Source: Candidatus Omnitrophota bacterium (lineage in GTDB: Bacteria > Omnitrophota > Omnitrophia > Omnitrophales > Aquincolibacteriaceae). From it: 64,000 bases of DNA. Positions 50,483-61,082 of the stretch are shown piece after piece. The DNA lies in the NCBI GenBank assembly GCA_022711115.1, contig JAKLFP010000003.1, positions 137,199 to 201,198 of the forward strand, read 5' to 3'. Under the pieces are notes generated by a model that saw nothing but the letters and a program-made list of their open reading frames with translations, did not search any database and was not told the DNA's origin. How positions within the stretch are numbered: the stretch's first letter is position 1; each line of letters starts with the position of its first letter. A program made the position numbers and the translations under genes.

Positions 50483-51898
50483 TTACAGCTTCGGTTTCTT
50501 TTTATAGATGCCGGTTTCCTGTTCGAATGTGTGCGCCGCGCGGAACAGGGTGGCTTCATCAAACGGGCGCGCCATGAGCTGCATGCCGACCGGCAGGCCG
50601 CTTGAAGTAAAGCCGCATGGGACCGACATCGCGGGCACACCGGACAGATTCGCCGGAATCGTAAAAATATCGGACAAATACATCGCAAGCGGGTCCGCGA
50701 CCTTCTCACCGATTTTGAACGCCGCGGTCGGCGATGTGGGTGACAATATCAAATCCACTTCTTTGAAAGCTTTTTCAAAATCCTGACGGATGAGCGTGCG
50801 GACCTTCTGCCCTTTCAGATAATAGGCTTCATAATAACCGGCGGACAGCACGAATGTTCCGAGCAGAATGCGACGTTTGGCTTCGTGTCCGAAACCCTGG
50901 TCGCGCGTTTCGAAATACATCTCCCGGAGATCCTTCGCCGGCACGCGCAGGCCGTATTCCACGCCGTCAAAACGGCCGAGGTTCGAACTCGCTTCCGCGA
51001 CCGCGACAATGTAATAAACCGCGACAGAATATTCGGTATGCGGCAAGGAAATCTGTTTGATTTCAGCACCGAGTTTTTTATAGAGATCCGCAGCGACGCG
51101 CACGCTTTTTTCGACTTCCGGGTCGATGCCTTCAATAAAATATTCCTTTGGCAAACCGATGCGCAACCCTTTGACATCCCGTTTCAACGATTGCGTAAAA
51201 TCCGGCACTTTTTCCGGAGCAGACGTGGAATCTTTCAGATCATGACCGCTGATCACATTCATCAAAATCGCCGCGTCTTCCACCGTCTTGGTAATGGGGC
51301 CGATCTGATCAAAGCTGGAGCCAAACGCGATTAAACCGTAACGTGACACGCGGCCGTACGTCGGTTTCACGCCGACCACACCGCAAAGCGCCGCGGGCTG
51401 GCGGATCGAACCGCCGGTATCACTGCCGAGTGCTGCGAGTGTCATATCCGCCGCGACCGAAGCCGCCGAACCGCCGCTTGATCCGCCCGGAACACGCGTC
51501 AGGTCCCACGGATTTTTGCACGGACCGAACGTCGAGGTTTCACAGGAGGAACCGAACGCGAATTCGTCCATGTTGCATTGCGCTGAAACCGTAATGCCGG
51601 CATTCTTGAGTTTTTCAATTACCGTCGCGTTGTAAGGCGGGACATGCTTGATAAGGATCTTCGATGCGCAGGTGACTTCCTGCCCCTCGATGCAGATATT
51701 GTCCTTGACCGCGACCGGCACGCCGCGAAAAATGCCCGAACCTGTCCCTGCGGTACCCGGTACCATTCGGAGAAACGCGTTGATCTTTGGATTCAAAGTT
51801 TCGGCGCGTTTCTGAAAAGCGTCTACAAGCGGCTTCGCACCTTCTTTTTTCGCGAACTCGATCGCTTCCTTTAATGTAAGAGAACAAAGGTCGGTCAT
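50483..51898 (-). CDS. gatA: Glutamyl-tRNA(Gln) amidotransferase subunit A
   Basis: Amidase signature family with the GGSSGGSAA motif and a Ser-cisSer-Lys triad. 471 aa. Confidence 0.95.
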   Translation of the reverse strand: MTDLCSLTLKEAIEFAKKEGAKPLVDAFQKRAETLNPKINAFLRMVPGTAGTGSGIFRGVPVAVKDNICIEGQEVTCASKILIKHVPPYNATVIEKLKNAGITVSAQCNMDEFAFGSSCETSTFGPCKNPWDLTRVPGGSSGGSAASVAADMTLAALGSDTGGSIRQPAALCGVVGVKPTYGRVSRYGLIAFGSSFDQIGPITKTVEDAAILMNVISGHDLKDSTSAPEKVPDFTQSLKRDVKGLRIGLPKEYFIEGIDPEVEKSVRVAADLYKKLGAEIKQISLPHTEYSVAVYYIVAVAEASSNLGRFDGVEYGLRVPAKDLREMYFETRDQGFGHEAKRRILLGTFVLSAGYYEAYYLKGQKVRTLIRQDFEKAFKEVDLILSPTSPTAAFKIGEKVADPLAMYLSDIFTIPANLSGVPAMSVPCGFTSSGLPVGMQLMARPFDEATLFRAAHTFEQETGIYKKKPKL

Positions 51899-51918
51899 AA
51901 ATCCATACTTCCCGAAAA

Positions 51919-52011
51919 GTCATTGCGAGGGAGCAAAGCGACCGCGGCAATCTCATTATATTCATGCCCGAAAAAATGAGATCGCCACGCCCCTGCGGGG
52001 CTCGCGATGAC
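51919..52011. repeat. Palindromic intergenic repeat, copy B (GTCATTGCGAG...GGCTCGCGATGAC)
   Basis: 93-bp imperfect long hairpin whose termini are shared with copy A. It lies between the gatC stop and the gatA ribosome-binding site. Confidence 0.7.
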
Positions 52012-52046
52012 AAGGCTTCCTGAGGTCTTTAGGCTGTAGTCTTCCA

Positions 52047-52331
52047 TCAATCCTTCTGCACAATCTTGGGGACTTTGAAGAAACGGCCATCCGCTTTGGG
52101 CGCATGCTCGAGAGCCTTTTCCGCGGCTTCCGAAGCTTTCACTTCATCGGCACGATAAACATTTTCCAGATCCAGCACATGGCTCGTGGGCTCTATATCT
52201 TTTGTATCCAACGCAGACAATTTCTGGACATAAGCAAGGATCGCCCCAAGTTCTTTTTCAAGTTTGATTTTTTCTTCAGGCTTCAGGCTGAGACGCGCGA
52301 GTTCCGCGACCCGGTCAATATTGAATTCCAT
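52047..52331 (-). CDS. gatC: Glutamyl-tRNA(Gln) amidotransferase subunit C
   Basis: MEFNIDRVAELARLSLKPEEK is the typical GatC N-terminus, and the gene lies upstream of gatA. The start was trimmed to the internal Met. Confidence 0.85.
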   Translation of the reverse strand: MEFNIDRVAELARLSLKPEEKIKLEKELGAILAYVQKLSALDTKDIEPTSHVLDLENVYRADEVKASEAAEKALEHAPKADGRFFKVPKIVQKD

Positions 52332-52447
52332 GGCATCCTCTGCAAGGTTGAAAATCGCTGACATTCTGCCCGAAGGAGGAGAGTGTGTCAAATGACATGA
52401 GCCGCCCTGAAAAAAACCATCCCGTGAAAGTCCCTGGAAGAAATTAG

Positions 52448-53239
52448 CTAGAGCGATTTTAAAAAGACCGCAAGTCTTTCTTTGATCAGCTGTTCGGACT
52501 GATAAAAACCGTCGTTATGACCGCCTTTAATTTCTAAAAATTCCTTGGGAGAGCCCGCAGACTCATAGAGATCTTTCCCGAGGGCGAAAGGCACGATCTC
52601 ATCGTCCGGACTATGCATGATAAGTTTCGGGATTTTAATGGACACGATTTTTTGTTTGGAATCATATTTACTGCGAACGATCTGATGAGGGATGAAGGGA
52701 TAATGTGCCGCAATCATGCCCCGGATATCCGTGAATGTACTTTCCAAAATAAGCACTTTCATTGGTGCCCGCAGCGCCAGATCCGTAATCACCGCACCTC
52801 CAAGCGACTCTCCATAACCGATGATATGTTCCGGCAAAATTCCCCGCGAGATCAAATAGCGATAAGCCGCATCGACATCCCGGTAAAGCCCTTGTTCGGA
52901 AGGCCGCCCCTGACTTTTTCCATAACTACGATAATCAAAAATAAAAACATTCAGCTCCAGTTGATGAAAGAGAACCAGCTTTTCGATCCGGTGGCTGATA
53001 TTTCCCGCATTTCCGTGACAGAACAAGATGGTCTCTTGGGCACCCGCCGCCGGAATGAACCATCCGTTCAGTTTGTAATGATCAGCCGTTTCAAAAAAGA
53101 TATTTTCGAACAGAAGGCCATGGGATGACGGATCTTCCTGCAACGTCTTCAATGGAAAATAAAGGGCTCGTATCTCGAGAAATCTCAGCGCTAGAAAAAG
53201 AGCCCCGATCATCAAAAAAAGAAACGCGAGTCTCATCAA
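52448..53239 (-). CDS. Alpha/beta hydrolase (membrane-anchored, S9/BAAT-like)
   Basis: N-terminal TM anchor. The nucleophile elbow GESLGG and C-terminal Asp/His residues consistent with a catalytic triad are present. 263 aa. Confidence 0.8.
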   Translation of the reverse strand: MMRLAFLFLMIGALFLALRFLEIRALYFPLKTLQEDPSSHGLLFENIFFETADHYKLNGWFIPAAGAQETILFCHGNAGNISHRIEKLVLFHQLELNVFIFDYRSYGKSQGRPSEQGLYRDVDAAYRYLISRGILPEHIIGYGESLGGAVITDLALRAPMKVLILESTFTDIRGMIAAHYPFIPHQIVRSKYDSKQKIVSIKIPKLIMHSPDDEIVPFALGKDLYESAGSPKEFLEIKGGHNDGFYQSEQLIKERLAVFLKSL

Positions 53240-53366
53240 TCTATTGTTCCTTTGGTTCCTTGCTAAAAGGGATGTTAAAAATCAAAATCTTTTTTTAAAA
53301 AACCCGTAACAGATTTTTTCAGCTATTTCAATGATCTTACAACTCAGGATTCGATGCCGGGACGCG

Positions 53367-53576
53367 TTAACGCTTCGGAATATCGCAAGAATTTTGAACG
53401 CCGAATTTTTTAAGGATGCTTTCAGCAAGGCACCAGTTCGTGAACGCGGACTGAACCAGATTTACACCGACCAGTGCGGTCCAGATCAGCCACCAGGGAC
53501 TCACCCAGATCGCGAGCGCCACACTGATCAGAATGAACGTCCCCGCAATGATTCGGACATATTTTTCGATCGTCAT
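53367..53576 (-). CDS. DUF2892 (YgaP-like) small membrane protein
   Basis: 69 aa with two TM helices. N-terminal ERxVRIIAG-like motif and a C-terminal NWCL motif typical of DUF2892. Confidence 0.6.
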   Translation of the reverse strand: MTIEKYVRIIAGTFILISVALAIWVSPWWLIWTALVGVNLVQSAFTNWCLAESILKKFGVQNSCDIPKR

Positions 53577-53600
53577 GGTGATTCTCCTTTTATTTTATTC

Positions 53601-53706
53601 GTCCTTGCGAGCAGGCCCGCAGGTCCGTCGCGACAATCTCTCAGTCTTAAAATTCTGCATCGGACAAATTGAGAGTGACACGGTCGCTTCGTTTCTCCGC
53701 GATGAC
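53601..53706. repeat. Palindromic intergenic repeat, copy C (GTCCTTGCGAG...CTCCGCGATGAC), diverged
   Basis: 106-bp element with the same terminal architecture as copies A and B, including an internal GCGACAATCTC arm. It lies between the RND gene stop and the DUF2892 ribosome-binding site. Confidence 0.55.
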
Positions 53707-53711
53707 TGAAG

Positions 53712-56700
53712 TTATTTTTTTTCGTTTTTCGCCATCAGGTAATAAAAAACCGGCACCGCCGTGCGCGAAAGAACGGTCGATGCGACTTCCCCGGCCATCA
53801 GCGCCACGGCCAGTCCCTGAAAGATCGGATCGAACAAAATCACGGCCGCGCCCACGACCACAGCCGCTGCCGTAAGCAGCATGGGACGGAACCGCTGCAC
53901 GCCCGCTTCGATCACCGCTTTTTCAAGCGGCATCCCCTCGCCGCGTTTCAATTCGATGAAATCCACGAGAATAATGGAATTGCGCACCACGATCCCCGCA
54001 CCCGCGATCATACCGATCATGGAAGTCGCTGTGAAAAACACGCCTCCCAGCCAGTGCGCGGGCAAGATGCCGATCAAAGTCAGAGGGATCGGCAGCATGA
54101 TGATCCAGGGCGTTTTGAACGACTGGAACCACCCCACCACCAGCGCGTAGATTAAAAGAAGAACGAACGCGAACGCGATCCCGAGGTCCCGGAAAACCTC
54201 ATAGGTGATCTGCCACTCTCCGTCCCACTTTAATGTCCATCGGTCCGTCGTTCGCGGCTGGCCGTTGAAAAGCTGGTCCCATGTTTTTTGCCCCTCATGA
54301 TTTTCCGGTACTGGCATTTCCGCGATCTTTTTTTTCAGCTTCAGGATCGCGTAAGCAGGGCTCTCGAATTTCCCCGCCACGTCGGCGATTACGTAAGAGA
54401 CGCGCATAAGGTTTTTATGGTAGATCGCCTTGTCTTTAATATCCGTTTCGACTTCCACAAGATCTTTCAACGGGATCGCATTGCCGTAGCGCGAAAGCAG
54501 GGTCATATTCAAAACACTGTCGAGTGTTGTTCTCTTTTCTTTCGGAAGCCGGAGCAGAATCTCAACCGGTTCATACTCTTCCGAGAGATGCGCCAGATCC
54601 ACGGTCTTTCCCCCGACCGCGGTCGTGACCGCGTCCGCAATCTCAACGACCGGGATCCCGTTCAAAGACGCCTTCTCGGTGTTCACGCGAAGACGGGCAA
54701 GTTTCTCGGGTGCCTGAACATAGGTGTCAATATCCGTGATATCTTCATCCGCTGTGAGTAATTTTTCGAGCTTTGCCGCCATCTCATGCTGTCCTTCAAG
54801 CGTCGGACCGTAAACTTCCAGCACCAAAGTCGAAAGCACGGGCGGACCGGGAGGAACTTCCGCGATCTGAACATGCCCGCCATATTTTTTGACGATCTCA
54901 TGAATCTTCGGACGCACCGCCTTGGCGATATCGTGGCTCTGGCGCTTGCGGTCGTGTTTGCCCGCCAAGTTCACCTGAAGATCCGCCTGATGAGGCTTGG
55001 ACCTCAGAAAATAATGCCGCACCAGCCCGTTGAAATTATAAGGAGCCGCGGTGCCCACATACATCTGGATGTCTTTTACTTCGGGAACGCCCACAAGATA
55101 ATCCGCGATCTCCGTGATCACCTGCTGCGTTTTTGCCTGTGCCGTACCGTCCGGCATATTGAGGATCACTTGGAACTCATTCTTGTTATCAAAGGGCAGC
55201 ATCTTCATGCGGACCAGTTTCAACGGGACCAGCAAGATCACGGCAATCATCAGAATCCCGAGACCCCAAAGAAATTTGTTCCGGATCCCGGCGTTATAGA
55301 TCAGCGGATTCATATAGGCGCGGTAAAGGCGGGTCAGAAAATCTTCCTTCTCCCCTTCGTGATGGACCTTTAGCTTGCCCTGAGCGAAAGCCCGTCCCAA
55401 GATCTGATAGGCCGCCCACGGCGTTGCCACGAACGCCACGAACATGGAAAACATCATCGCAGCGCTCGCGCCGATCGGGATCGGCCGCATGTACGGTCCC
55501 ATCAACCCGCGCACGAACGCCATCGGCAGAATCGCGGCGATCACCGTCAGCGTTGCGAGGATCAGCGGACTGCGGACTTCATTGACCGCGTCGATCGTCA
55601 CATCCAAAATATTTTTTCCTTTGTTTTCCGGAAGACGTAAATGACGGACGATGTTTTCAACGTCCACGATCGGGTCGTCCACCAGGATCCCGATGGAAAA
55701 GATCAACGCGAAAAGCGTGATGCGGTTCAGGGTGAATCCGAGAAAATAAAAAGTCGCGAGCGTCAGCGCCAGCGTCATCGGGATCGCGATCGCCACCACG
55801 CCGGACTCGCGCCGCCCGAGCGACCATGCGATCAAAAGGCTCACGCCGAACACCGCGATGGCCATATGGAAAAGCAACTCGTCGGATTTTTCTTTCGCGG
55901 TTTCTCCGTAATCGCGCGTCACGGTCATTTCAATGTCCTTCGGAAGCGTAGCCTCCGGAAGCTCTTTGACCGTATGCAGGATCACTTCCGACAGATGCGC
56001 CGCGTTGGCCCCTTTTCGTTTGGAAATGGCCAGCGTCACGGCCTCGAACGGCCCTTTTTCTTTGCCGCGGGACGACGGGCCGAAAAATATCTCCGTGGCC
56101 CGCTCTTCCTGGTCCGGCCCATCGACAACCTGAGCGATATCGCCGAGCTTCACCACGCTTCCCGCGCTCACTCCCACCACGAGGTTTTCAAGATCCGATC
56201 GGGTACGGAAAAACGAGTTGGCTTCGACATGTTCCACCTGAGGAATGCTTTCCAGATGGCCGGCATCCTGTTTGACGTTCGCGGCCCGGATGATCCCGGC
56301 GATTTCCGCAGGATTCAGCAGCCTGGCCTTCAATTTCTCTTCGTCAAAAAAGACCTGGAATTGCCGCTTGCGGCCTCCGTTAATATGCGTTTCCGAAACA
56401 TCTGGGATCGCGTTGACGATATTTTGGATGCTGGCAACCGTTCGGCGAAGCGCGACAGGATCCCTTTTGGAACTGTGAAATGTGAGGGTCAGGATGGGGA
56501 CATCATCGATCGACCGCACTTTAATGAAAGGCTGTGTCGAACCCAGCGGAAGAAAATCGAGATTGGAGTAAACTTTGGTGTAAAGCTTGATCAGGCTTTT
56601 TTCGACATCCTCCCCCACCTTGAACCGCACAATGATCATCGCGCCTTCGGGTTCGATCGTTGAATAAACATATTCCACACCGGGGATCTCCCAAAGCTTT

Positions 56701-56930
56701 CTTTCGCCGAGATTCACGATCCGCTGTTCGACTTCCTTGGAATCCGCGCCGGGATAAGAAACAAAAATATCGAACATCGGCACGGAGATCTGCGGTTCTT
56801 CTTCGCGTGGCAGATTGACGACCGCGAAAACTCCGAGGACCAACGACACGGCGATGATCAGGGGTGTGATCTTGGAACGCGCGAAATAACTGACGATGCC
56901 GCTGATGAAATCGGAATGATGTTTGGTCAT
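53712..56930 (-). CDS. RND family efflux transporter permease (AcrB/HAE1-like)
   Basis: 1072 aa with a 12-TM topology and two large periplasmic loops. The TM4 proton-relay motif GILVDDPIVDVENI carries the Asp pair typical of AcrB-type pumps. Confidence 0.9.
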   Translation of the reverse strand: MTKHHSDFISGIVSYFARSKITPLIIAVSLVLGVFAVVNLPREEEPQISVPMFDIFVSYPGADSKEVEQRIVNLGERKLWEIPGVEYVYSTIEPEGAMIIVRFKVGEDVEKSLIKLYTKVYSNLDFLPLGSTQPFIKVRSIDDVPILTLTFHSSKRDPVALRRTVASIQNIVNAIPDVSETHINGGRKRQFQVFFDEEKLKARLLNPAEIAGIIRAANVKQDAGHLESIPQVEHVEANSFFRTRSDLENLVVGVSAGSVVKLGDIAQVVDGPDQEERATEIFFGPSSRGKEKGPFEAVTLAISKRKGANAAHLSEVILHTVKELPEATLPKDIEMTVTRDYGETAKEKSDELLFHMAIAVFGVSLLIAWSLGRRESGVVAIAIPMTLALTLATFYFLGFTLNRITLFALIFSIGILVDDPIVDVENIVRHLRLPENKGKNILDVTIDAVNEVRSPLILATLTVIAAILPMAFVRGLMGPYMRPIPIGASAAMMFSMFVAFVATPWAAYQILGRAFAQGKLKVHHEGEKEDFLTRLYRAYMNPLIYNAGIRNKFLWGLGILMIAVILLVPLKLVRMKMLPFDNKNEFQVILNMPDGTAQAKTQQVITEIADYLVGVPEVKDIQMYVGTAAPYNFNGLVRHYFLRSKPHQADLQVNLAGKHDRKRQSHDIAKAVRPKIHEIVKKYGGHVQIAEVPPGPPVLSTLVLEVYGPTLEGQHEMAAKLEKLLTADEDITDIDTYVQAPEKLARLRVNTEKASLNGIPVVEIADAVTTAVGGKTVDLAHLSEEYEPVEILLRLPKEKRTTLDSVLNMTLLSRYGNAIPLKDLVEVETDIKDKAIYHKNLMRVSYVIADVAGKFESPAYAILKLKKKIAEMPVPENHEGQKTWDQLFNGQPRTTDRWTLKWDGEWQITYEVFRDLGIAFAFVLLLIYALVVGWFQSFKTPWIIMLPIPLTLIGILPAHWLGGVFFTATSMIGMIAGAGIVVRNSIILVDFIELKRGEGMPLEKAVIEAGVQRFRPMLLTAAAVVVGAAVILFDPIFQGLAVALMAGEVASTVLSRTAVPVFYYLMAKNEKK

Positions 56931-56946
56931 GGTTCCTCTTTGAAAA

Positions 56947-58353
56947 TCAGTTGGCCCCGCCTAAACGGGTGTTCACTCGGCGGACCCCATCTTCATCCAG
57001 CTGCCCGGAAAGAAAGAGGAGTTTCGCGTGTTCCAACTCCAGGGCAAACAACAATTGGTCCAGTCCGACGGCGGTTTCAAGATAGACCCGTCGCATGTTC
57101 AGAAGATCCAGAATTGATTTGCGCCCTTCCTGATAAAGTTTTGCCGTAAGGTCGCTGGCCTGCCTGGCGTCTTCATAGGCCTGACGCAGGACCGGATGGT
57201 CCGCAGTCGCCGTTTCATAACGAGCCAGTTCTTCGACAAGGTCCCTGGTGATATTGTCCCGCAGCATCTCCCGGTCCTTTTTAAGCTCTTCATAATAGTG
57301 CTTGGCTTCCTTGACGCGTCCGGGATAGCTCGGGTCAAAAAAATCCATGGTCCCCTTGATCCCGATCGTGTAATCCTGACCGCCCGTATGCCAATCCGGC
57401 GTGTGTTCGTTCAGATTTGCGAAGCCGTAGATTTTGGGAAAAAAGGATGTTTTATGGCGCAACGACTCGATCCGCTGCGCGTCGATCATTTGATCAAGAG
57501 CCGCAAGATCTTTCCTTTGCTGATAGGCCTGGACGGTCCACATGTTCAATTCCGCGATATCCTGTTTGATTTCGGGCAATTTCCCTTTGGCATCCCAGAC
57601 GGAATGGAGATCTTCTCCCATCAGGATATTCATAAACATATAAGCGTTTTTCAAAAGCGTCCGAGCGTGATTCAGTTCGCGTTCAATACCTGCCGAAGTT
57701 ACCTTGGCCGCGTAAAAATCCGCGCCAAGGATCATCCCCTTTTGATTAAGATCTTCCGCTTGCTTTAAGTCCTCTGCGGACTGGTTTTTTACGGCCGTGG
57801 CATGGTCAAACGTTTGTCTGGCAAGCAAGATCCCCAAATAGCTTTCCAGCGCGACTATCCCCGCTTCCATTTCCGTGAAATCAGCCTGAAGGTCCGCGCT
57901 TTTCACGAGGCTGCGCGCGACACGGATCTTGGAAATCGTATTGAAGGAATCAAAGAGCAGCATTTCCCCGGAAATCCCGAAATGATAATCCGTGCGGTGA
58001 TTGGGGTCATTGAGCTTGTTCAGCGCGAAATCACCCTCGGTGAATTTGTTCTGCCGCAAAAGCATACCGAAAACATTCACGGGATCGGTCGTCGTAGTCA
58101 TGGACGCAATTCCCTGGATATGCGGAAAAAGATCCGAAATGGCGATATTGCGCCGGGCCTTTGCTTGTTCGAGTTGTTCGTATCTTTTTTGAAGCGAGGG
58201 ATAATGCGCCAGAACTTTTTGATAGCAGTCAAGGAAGGTCCGCTGTTTCAACGGGCTTGAAGATGTCATCAACCCGGATTCCTCCGCGAAAGAACCTGCC
58301 ATGGAGGTGATAAGCAGAAATAACAACCAAGCGGTGATTTTTGGAATCGCCAT
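56947..58353 (-). CDS. TolC-family outer membrane efflux protein
   Basis: Signal peptide (MAIPKITAWLLFLLITSMAGSFA) followed by two OEP repeats. The start was chosen at the internal Met, because the long ORF would overlap the acr3 stop. Confidence 0.85.
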   Translation of the reverse strand: MAIPKITAWLLFLLITSMAGSFAEESGLMTSSSPLKQRTFLDCYQKVLAHYPSLQKRYEQLEQAKARRNIAISDLFPHIQGIASMTTTTDPVNVFGMLLRQNKFTEGDFALNKLNDPNHRTDYHFGISGEMLLFDSFNTISKIRVARSLVKSADLQADFTEMEAGIVALESYLGILLARQTFDHATAVKNQSAEDLKQAEDLNQKGMILGADFYAAKVTSAGIERELNHARTLLKNAYMFMNILMGEDLHSVWDAKGKLPEIKQDIAELNMWTVQAYQQRKDLAALDQMIDAQRIESLRHKTSFFPKIYGFANLNEHTPDWHTGGQDYTIGIKGTMDFFDPSYPGRVKEAKHYYEELKKDREMLRDNITRDLVEELARYETATADHPVLRQAYEDARQASDLTAKLYQEGRKSILDLLNMRRVYLETAVGLDQLLFALELEHAKLLFLSGQLDEDGVRRVNTRLGGAN

Positions 58354-58406
58354 GAACTTTATTGTAATGGTTTGTTTCAAAACTGAAAATCTATTTTTTA
58401 AAAAAA

Positions 58407-59459
58407 TCATACCGCCTCTGAAAACATTTTTTTCCTGAGAAAAAAAGATGCGTTGACCAAGCTGATCAGAACGGGCACTTCCACAAGCGGGCCGATCACC
58501 GCCGCAAAGGCCGCTCCGGAATGAATCCCGAACACGGCAACGGCCACGGCGATCGCGAGTTCGAAATTATTGCTCGCGGCGGTAAAGGACAGCGTGGCCG
58601 ACTGGCTGTAGGGAGCGCCGATCTTTTTACTCATGAAAAAAGAGATGAGAAACATCACGACAAAATAAATGAGAAGTGGTATTGCGATCCGAACCACATC
58701 AAATGGGATTTTTACGATGTATTCACCTTTCATGGAAAACATGACAACGATTGTAAATAAAAGCGCGATGAGCGTAATGGGGCTGATCGCCGGAATAAAA
58801 CGCGTTTCATACCATGTTTTATTTTTGATCTTGAGCAAGACGAATCGCGTCAACATTCCCGCAAGAAACGGAATGCCGAGATAGATAAAAACACTGTGCG
58901 CGATCTGGCCCATGGTGATATTCACCGCGGTGCCTTGTAATCCGAACCACCGCGGCAGCACGGTGATGAAAACCCACGCGTAAATCGAGAAAAAAAGCAC
59001 CTGAAAGATCGAATTGAATGCCACGAGCCCCGCGCAATACTCCGTGTCCCCTTCGGCCAGATCGTTCCAAACAATGACCATTGCGATACAACGGGCAAGA
59101 CCGATCATGATAAGCCCGACCATATATTCCGGATAGCCCCGCAGGAACGTAATTGCCAACACAAACATCAGGATGGGACCAATTATCCAGTTCTGAACCA
59201 AGGAAAGCATCAGGACCTTGGTGTTCTTGAACACATCGCCGAGCTCTTCGTATTTCACTTTGGCGAGCGGCGGATACATCATGAGAATAAGGCCGATCGC
59301 GATGGGGATATTGGTGGTGCCCACCTGGAACTTGTTCCAGAACCCAACGATGGGAGGATAAAAATATCCTGCCGCAACACCGATGCCCATGCCGAGAAAG
59401 ATCCAAAGTGTTAAAAAACGGTCTAGAAATGACAATTGCTTCTTATCGCATTCGCTCAT
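58407..59459 (-). CDS. arsB/acr3: ACR3 family arsenite efflux transporter
   Basis: 10-TM ACR3/BART-superfamily protein with the conserved N-terminal region [13 protein letters not shown] and a Cys in TM4. 350 aa. Confidence 0.9.
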   Translation of the reverse strand: MSECDKKQLSFLDRFLTLWIFLGMGIGVAAGYFYPPIVGFWNKFQVGTTNIPIAIGLILMMYPPLAKVKYEELGDVFKNTKVLMLSLVQNWIIGPILMFVLAITFLRGYPEYMVGLIMIGLARCIAMVIVWNDLAEGDTEYCAGLVAFNSIFQVLFFSIYAWVFITVLPRWFGLQGTAVNITMGQIAHSVFIYLGIPFLAGMLTRFVLLKIKNKTWYETRFIPAISPITLIALLFTIVVMFSMKGEYIVKIPFDVVRIAIPLLIYFVVMFLISFFMSKKIGAPYSQSATLSFTAASNNFELAIAVAVAVFGIHSGAAFAAVIGPLVEVPVLISLVNASFFLRKKMFSEAV

Positions 59460-59473
59460 AGATCCCTCCTGAT

Positions 59474-59893
59474 TTATTCGAACTCTTTTTCAGCTGCAGA
59501 TTTAAATTTTGCATGGATCATGTTCCGGACTTTTCGGAACTCTTCAATGACGCTTTCCGTAATCTGTTTGTCGTGCGGAGGATCTGGAAATTCCCAATGC
59601 AGGCGCTTCGTATTACCCGGAAAGAACGGACACGCTTCCTTCGCGTTATCGCAAACGGTAATCACATAATCGAAGGCTTGCCCCTTGAATTCATCGACAT
59701 GTTTTGAACGGTGACCGGAAATATCGATCCCAATCTCTTTCATCACTTGAATGGCTATCGGATTCACAAAGGATGGTTTTGTTCCGGCGCTAAAAACTTC
59801 ATATCGGCTGCTCCCGTAATAACGAAGCACGCCTTCCGCCATTTGCGAGCGACATGAATTTCCCGTGCATAATATCAAAACTCTCTTCCTCAT
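59474..59893 (-). CDS. arsC: Arsenate reductase, thioredoxin-coupled LMW-PTPase type
   Basis: P-loop [13 protein letters not shown], plus downstream Cys residues for the disulfide cascade. Its start overlaps the upstream gene stop by ATGA. Confidence 0.85.
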   Translation of the reverse strand: MRKRVLILCTGNSCRSQMAEGVLRYYGSSRYEVFSAGTKPSFVNPIAIQVMKEIGIDISGHRSKHVDEFKGQAFDYVITVCDNAKEACPFFPGNTKRLHWEFPDPPHDKQITESVIEEFRKVRNMIHAKFKSAAEKEFE

Positions 59894-60588
59894 ATGCTGC
59901 TCCCTTGAAGCCAGTAGGCCCAAGCGTAATAAATACCCGCACCAATGAAGATCAAGCCCGTGATCTTGCGCGTATAAAGTTCAATCTTAGTCAGTTTGTG
60001 GAACCAATGGCTTAAAGAAGTCACACCAAGAGCAATGGCCACGGCAAACATTAAGACTGGCAAGCCAGTTCCAATCCCGTAGACAAACGGAAGGAGCCCT
60101 CCCATTGGATGATTAAGCGCCAAAGGGATGAGGCTCCCGAAGAAAAGCGCCGCGGACACGGGACAGAACGCTAGCGCGAAGATAAAACCGAGCAGAAAAG
60201 CTCCCGGTACGCCGGATTCGGCGAGTCTATTGTGATGCTTTTGAGAAAGAGAAAAACCGGGCAGACGGAAAACAAGAACTTCGAGCAGGATCAATCCAGT
60301 AACGATCAGGACCGGCCCCAGGGCTTTCCCCATATATTTCTGGAGAAACATAGCGATTTTCGGAACGCTTACCAAGGAATGGATGATGATCCAGCCGACG
60401 ACGGCATAGGAGACCATTCTCCCCAGCGTATACGCCAGACCTGAGACAAAAACCGCTGCTGGATGTGTGATTTTTTTCGATAAGAAAGAAACCGCCGCAA
60501 TATTCGACGCCAAGGGACAGGGACTTATCGAGGTTAGAATTCCCAGCCAAAGCGCGGAAAACCAACCAACCCAGAATTGATCCATCAC
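59890..60588 (-). CDS. ccdA: Cytochrome c biogenesis protein CcdA / DsbD-like transmembrane thiol-disulfide transporter
   Basis: Six-TM protein whose Cys pair lies in TM segments (SPCPLAS and a second Cys in FCPV), as in the DsbD_2 family. 232 aa. Confidence 0.75.
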   Translation of the reverse strand: MMDQFWVGWFSALWLGILTSISPCPLASNIAAVSFLSKKITHPAAVFVSGLAYTLGRMVSYAVVGWIIIHSLVSVPKIAMFLQKYMGKALGPVLIVTGLILLEVLVFRLPGFSLSQKHHNRLAESGVPGAFLLGFIFALAFCPVSAALFFGSLIPLALNHPMGGLLPFVYGIGTGLPVLMFAVAIALGVTSLSHWFHKLTKIELYTRKITGLIFIGAGIYYAWAYWLQGSSI

Positions 60589-61070
60589 GCTTCCCTCAGA
60601 AACGCGCTAACTTCGTCCCGCACATAATTTTCGTACTGTTCCCTGTTGCGAACCAGTTGCCAAATCTTGTCAAGATTCTTGGAACGGATCTCTTTGCCGT
60701 CTTTCACCGAGGAGAGGATAAGCGCTTTAGTGTAAAGCTGATAATCATTCACGAAATGCTCATTGCCTTTGCTTTCCACATTCACGGATTTAAATACAAG
60801 CTTCCCCGAGGCCAGCTCGTCCTTGAAAGCTCTCTCAATCGCTTCCCTGGAGTGCCGTTCCATTTTATTGCAGGTCGAACACCGGAATGTCCCGTGAAAA
60901 TAATAAACAACGATTTGATCACCCTGCAATGGGGCCACCACATCCGCCCTTGTGGAAATATCCGCCCGGGAAGAACCGCCCATAGCCAACGTCGTTCCAA
61001 AGAATAAACTGCTTGCCAGCGAAACAGCCGCCAGCAGAACAGACACCGTCTGACATGTTTTATTTTTCAT
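60585..61070 (-). CDS. Secreted thioredoxin-like protein with CxxC (CSTC) motif
   Basis: Signal peptide, then a thioredoxin-fold with the active site FHGTFRCSTC. 161 aa. Confidence 0.6.
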   Translation of the reverse strand: MKNKTCQTVSVLLAAVSLASSLFFGTTLAMGGSSRADISTRADVVAPLQGDQIVVYYFHGTFRCSTCNKMERHSREAIERAFKDELASGKLVFKSVNVESKGNEHFVNDYQLYTKALILSSVKDGKEIRSKNLDKIWQLVRNREQYENYVRDEVSAFLREA

Positions 61071-61082
61071 TGATTTCCTCCG

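Noticed and set aside
55641-56663. 340-aa plus-strand ORF
   Set aside because: Antisense to the RND transporter gene. Arg/His/Asp-rich. Shadow ORF.
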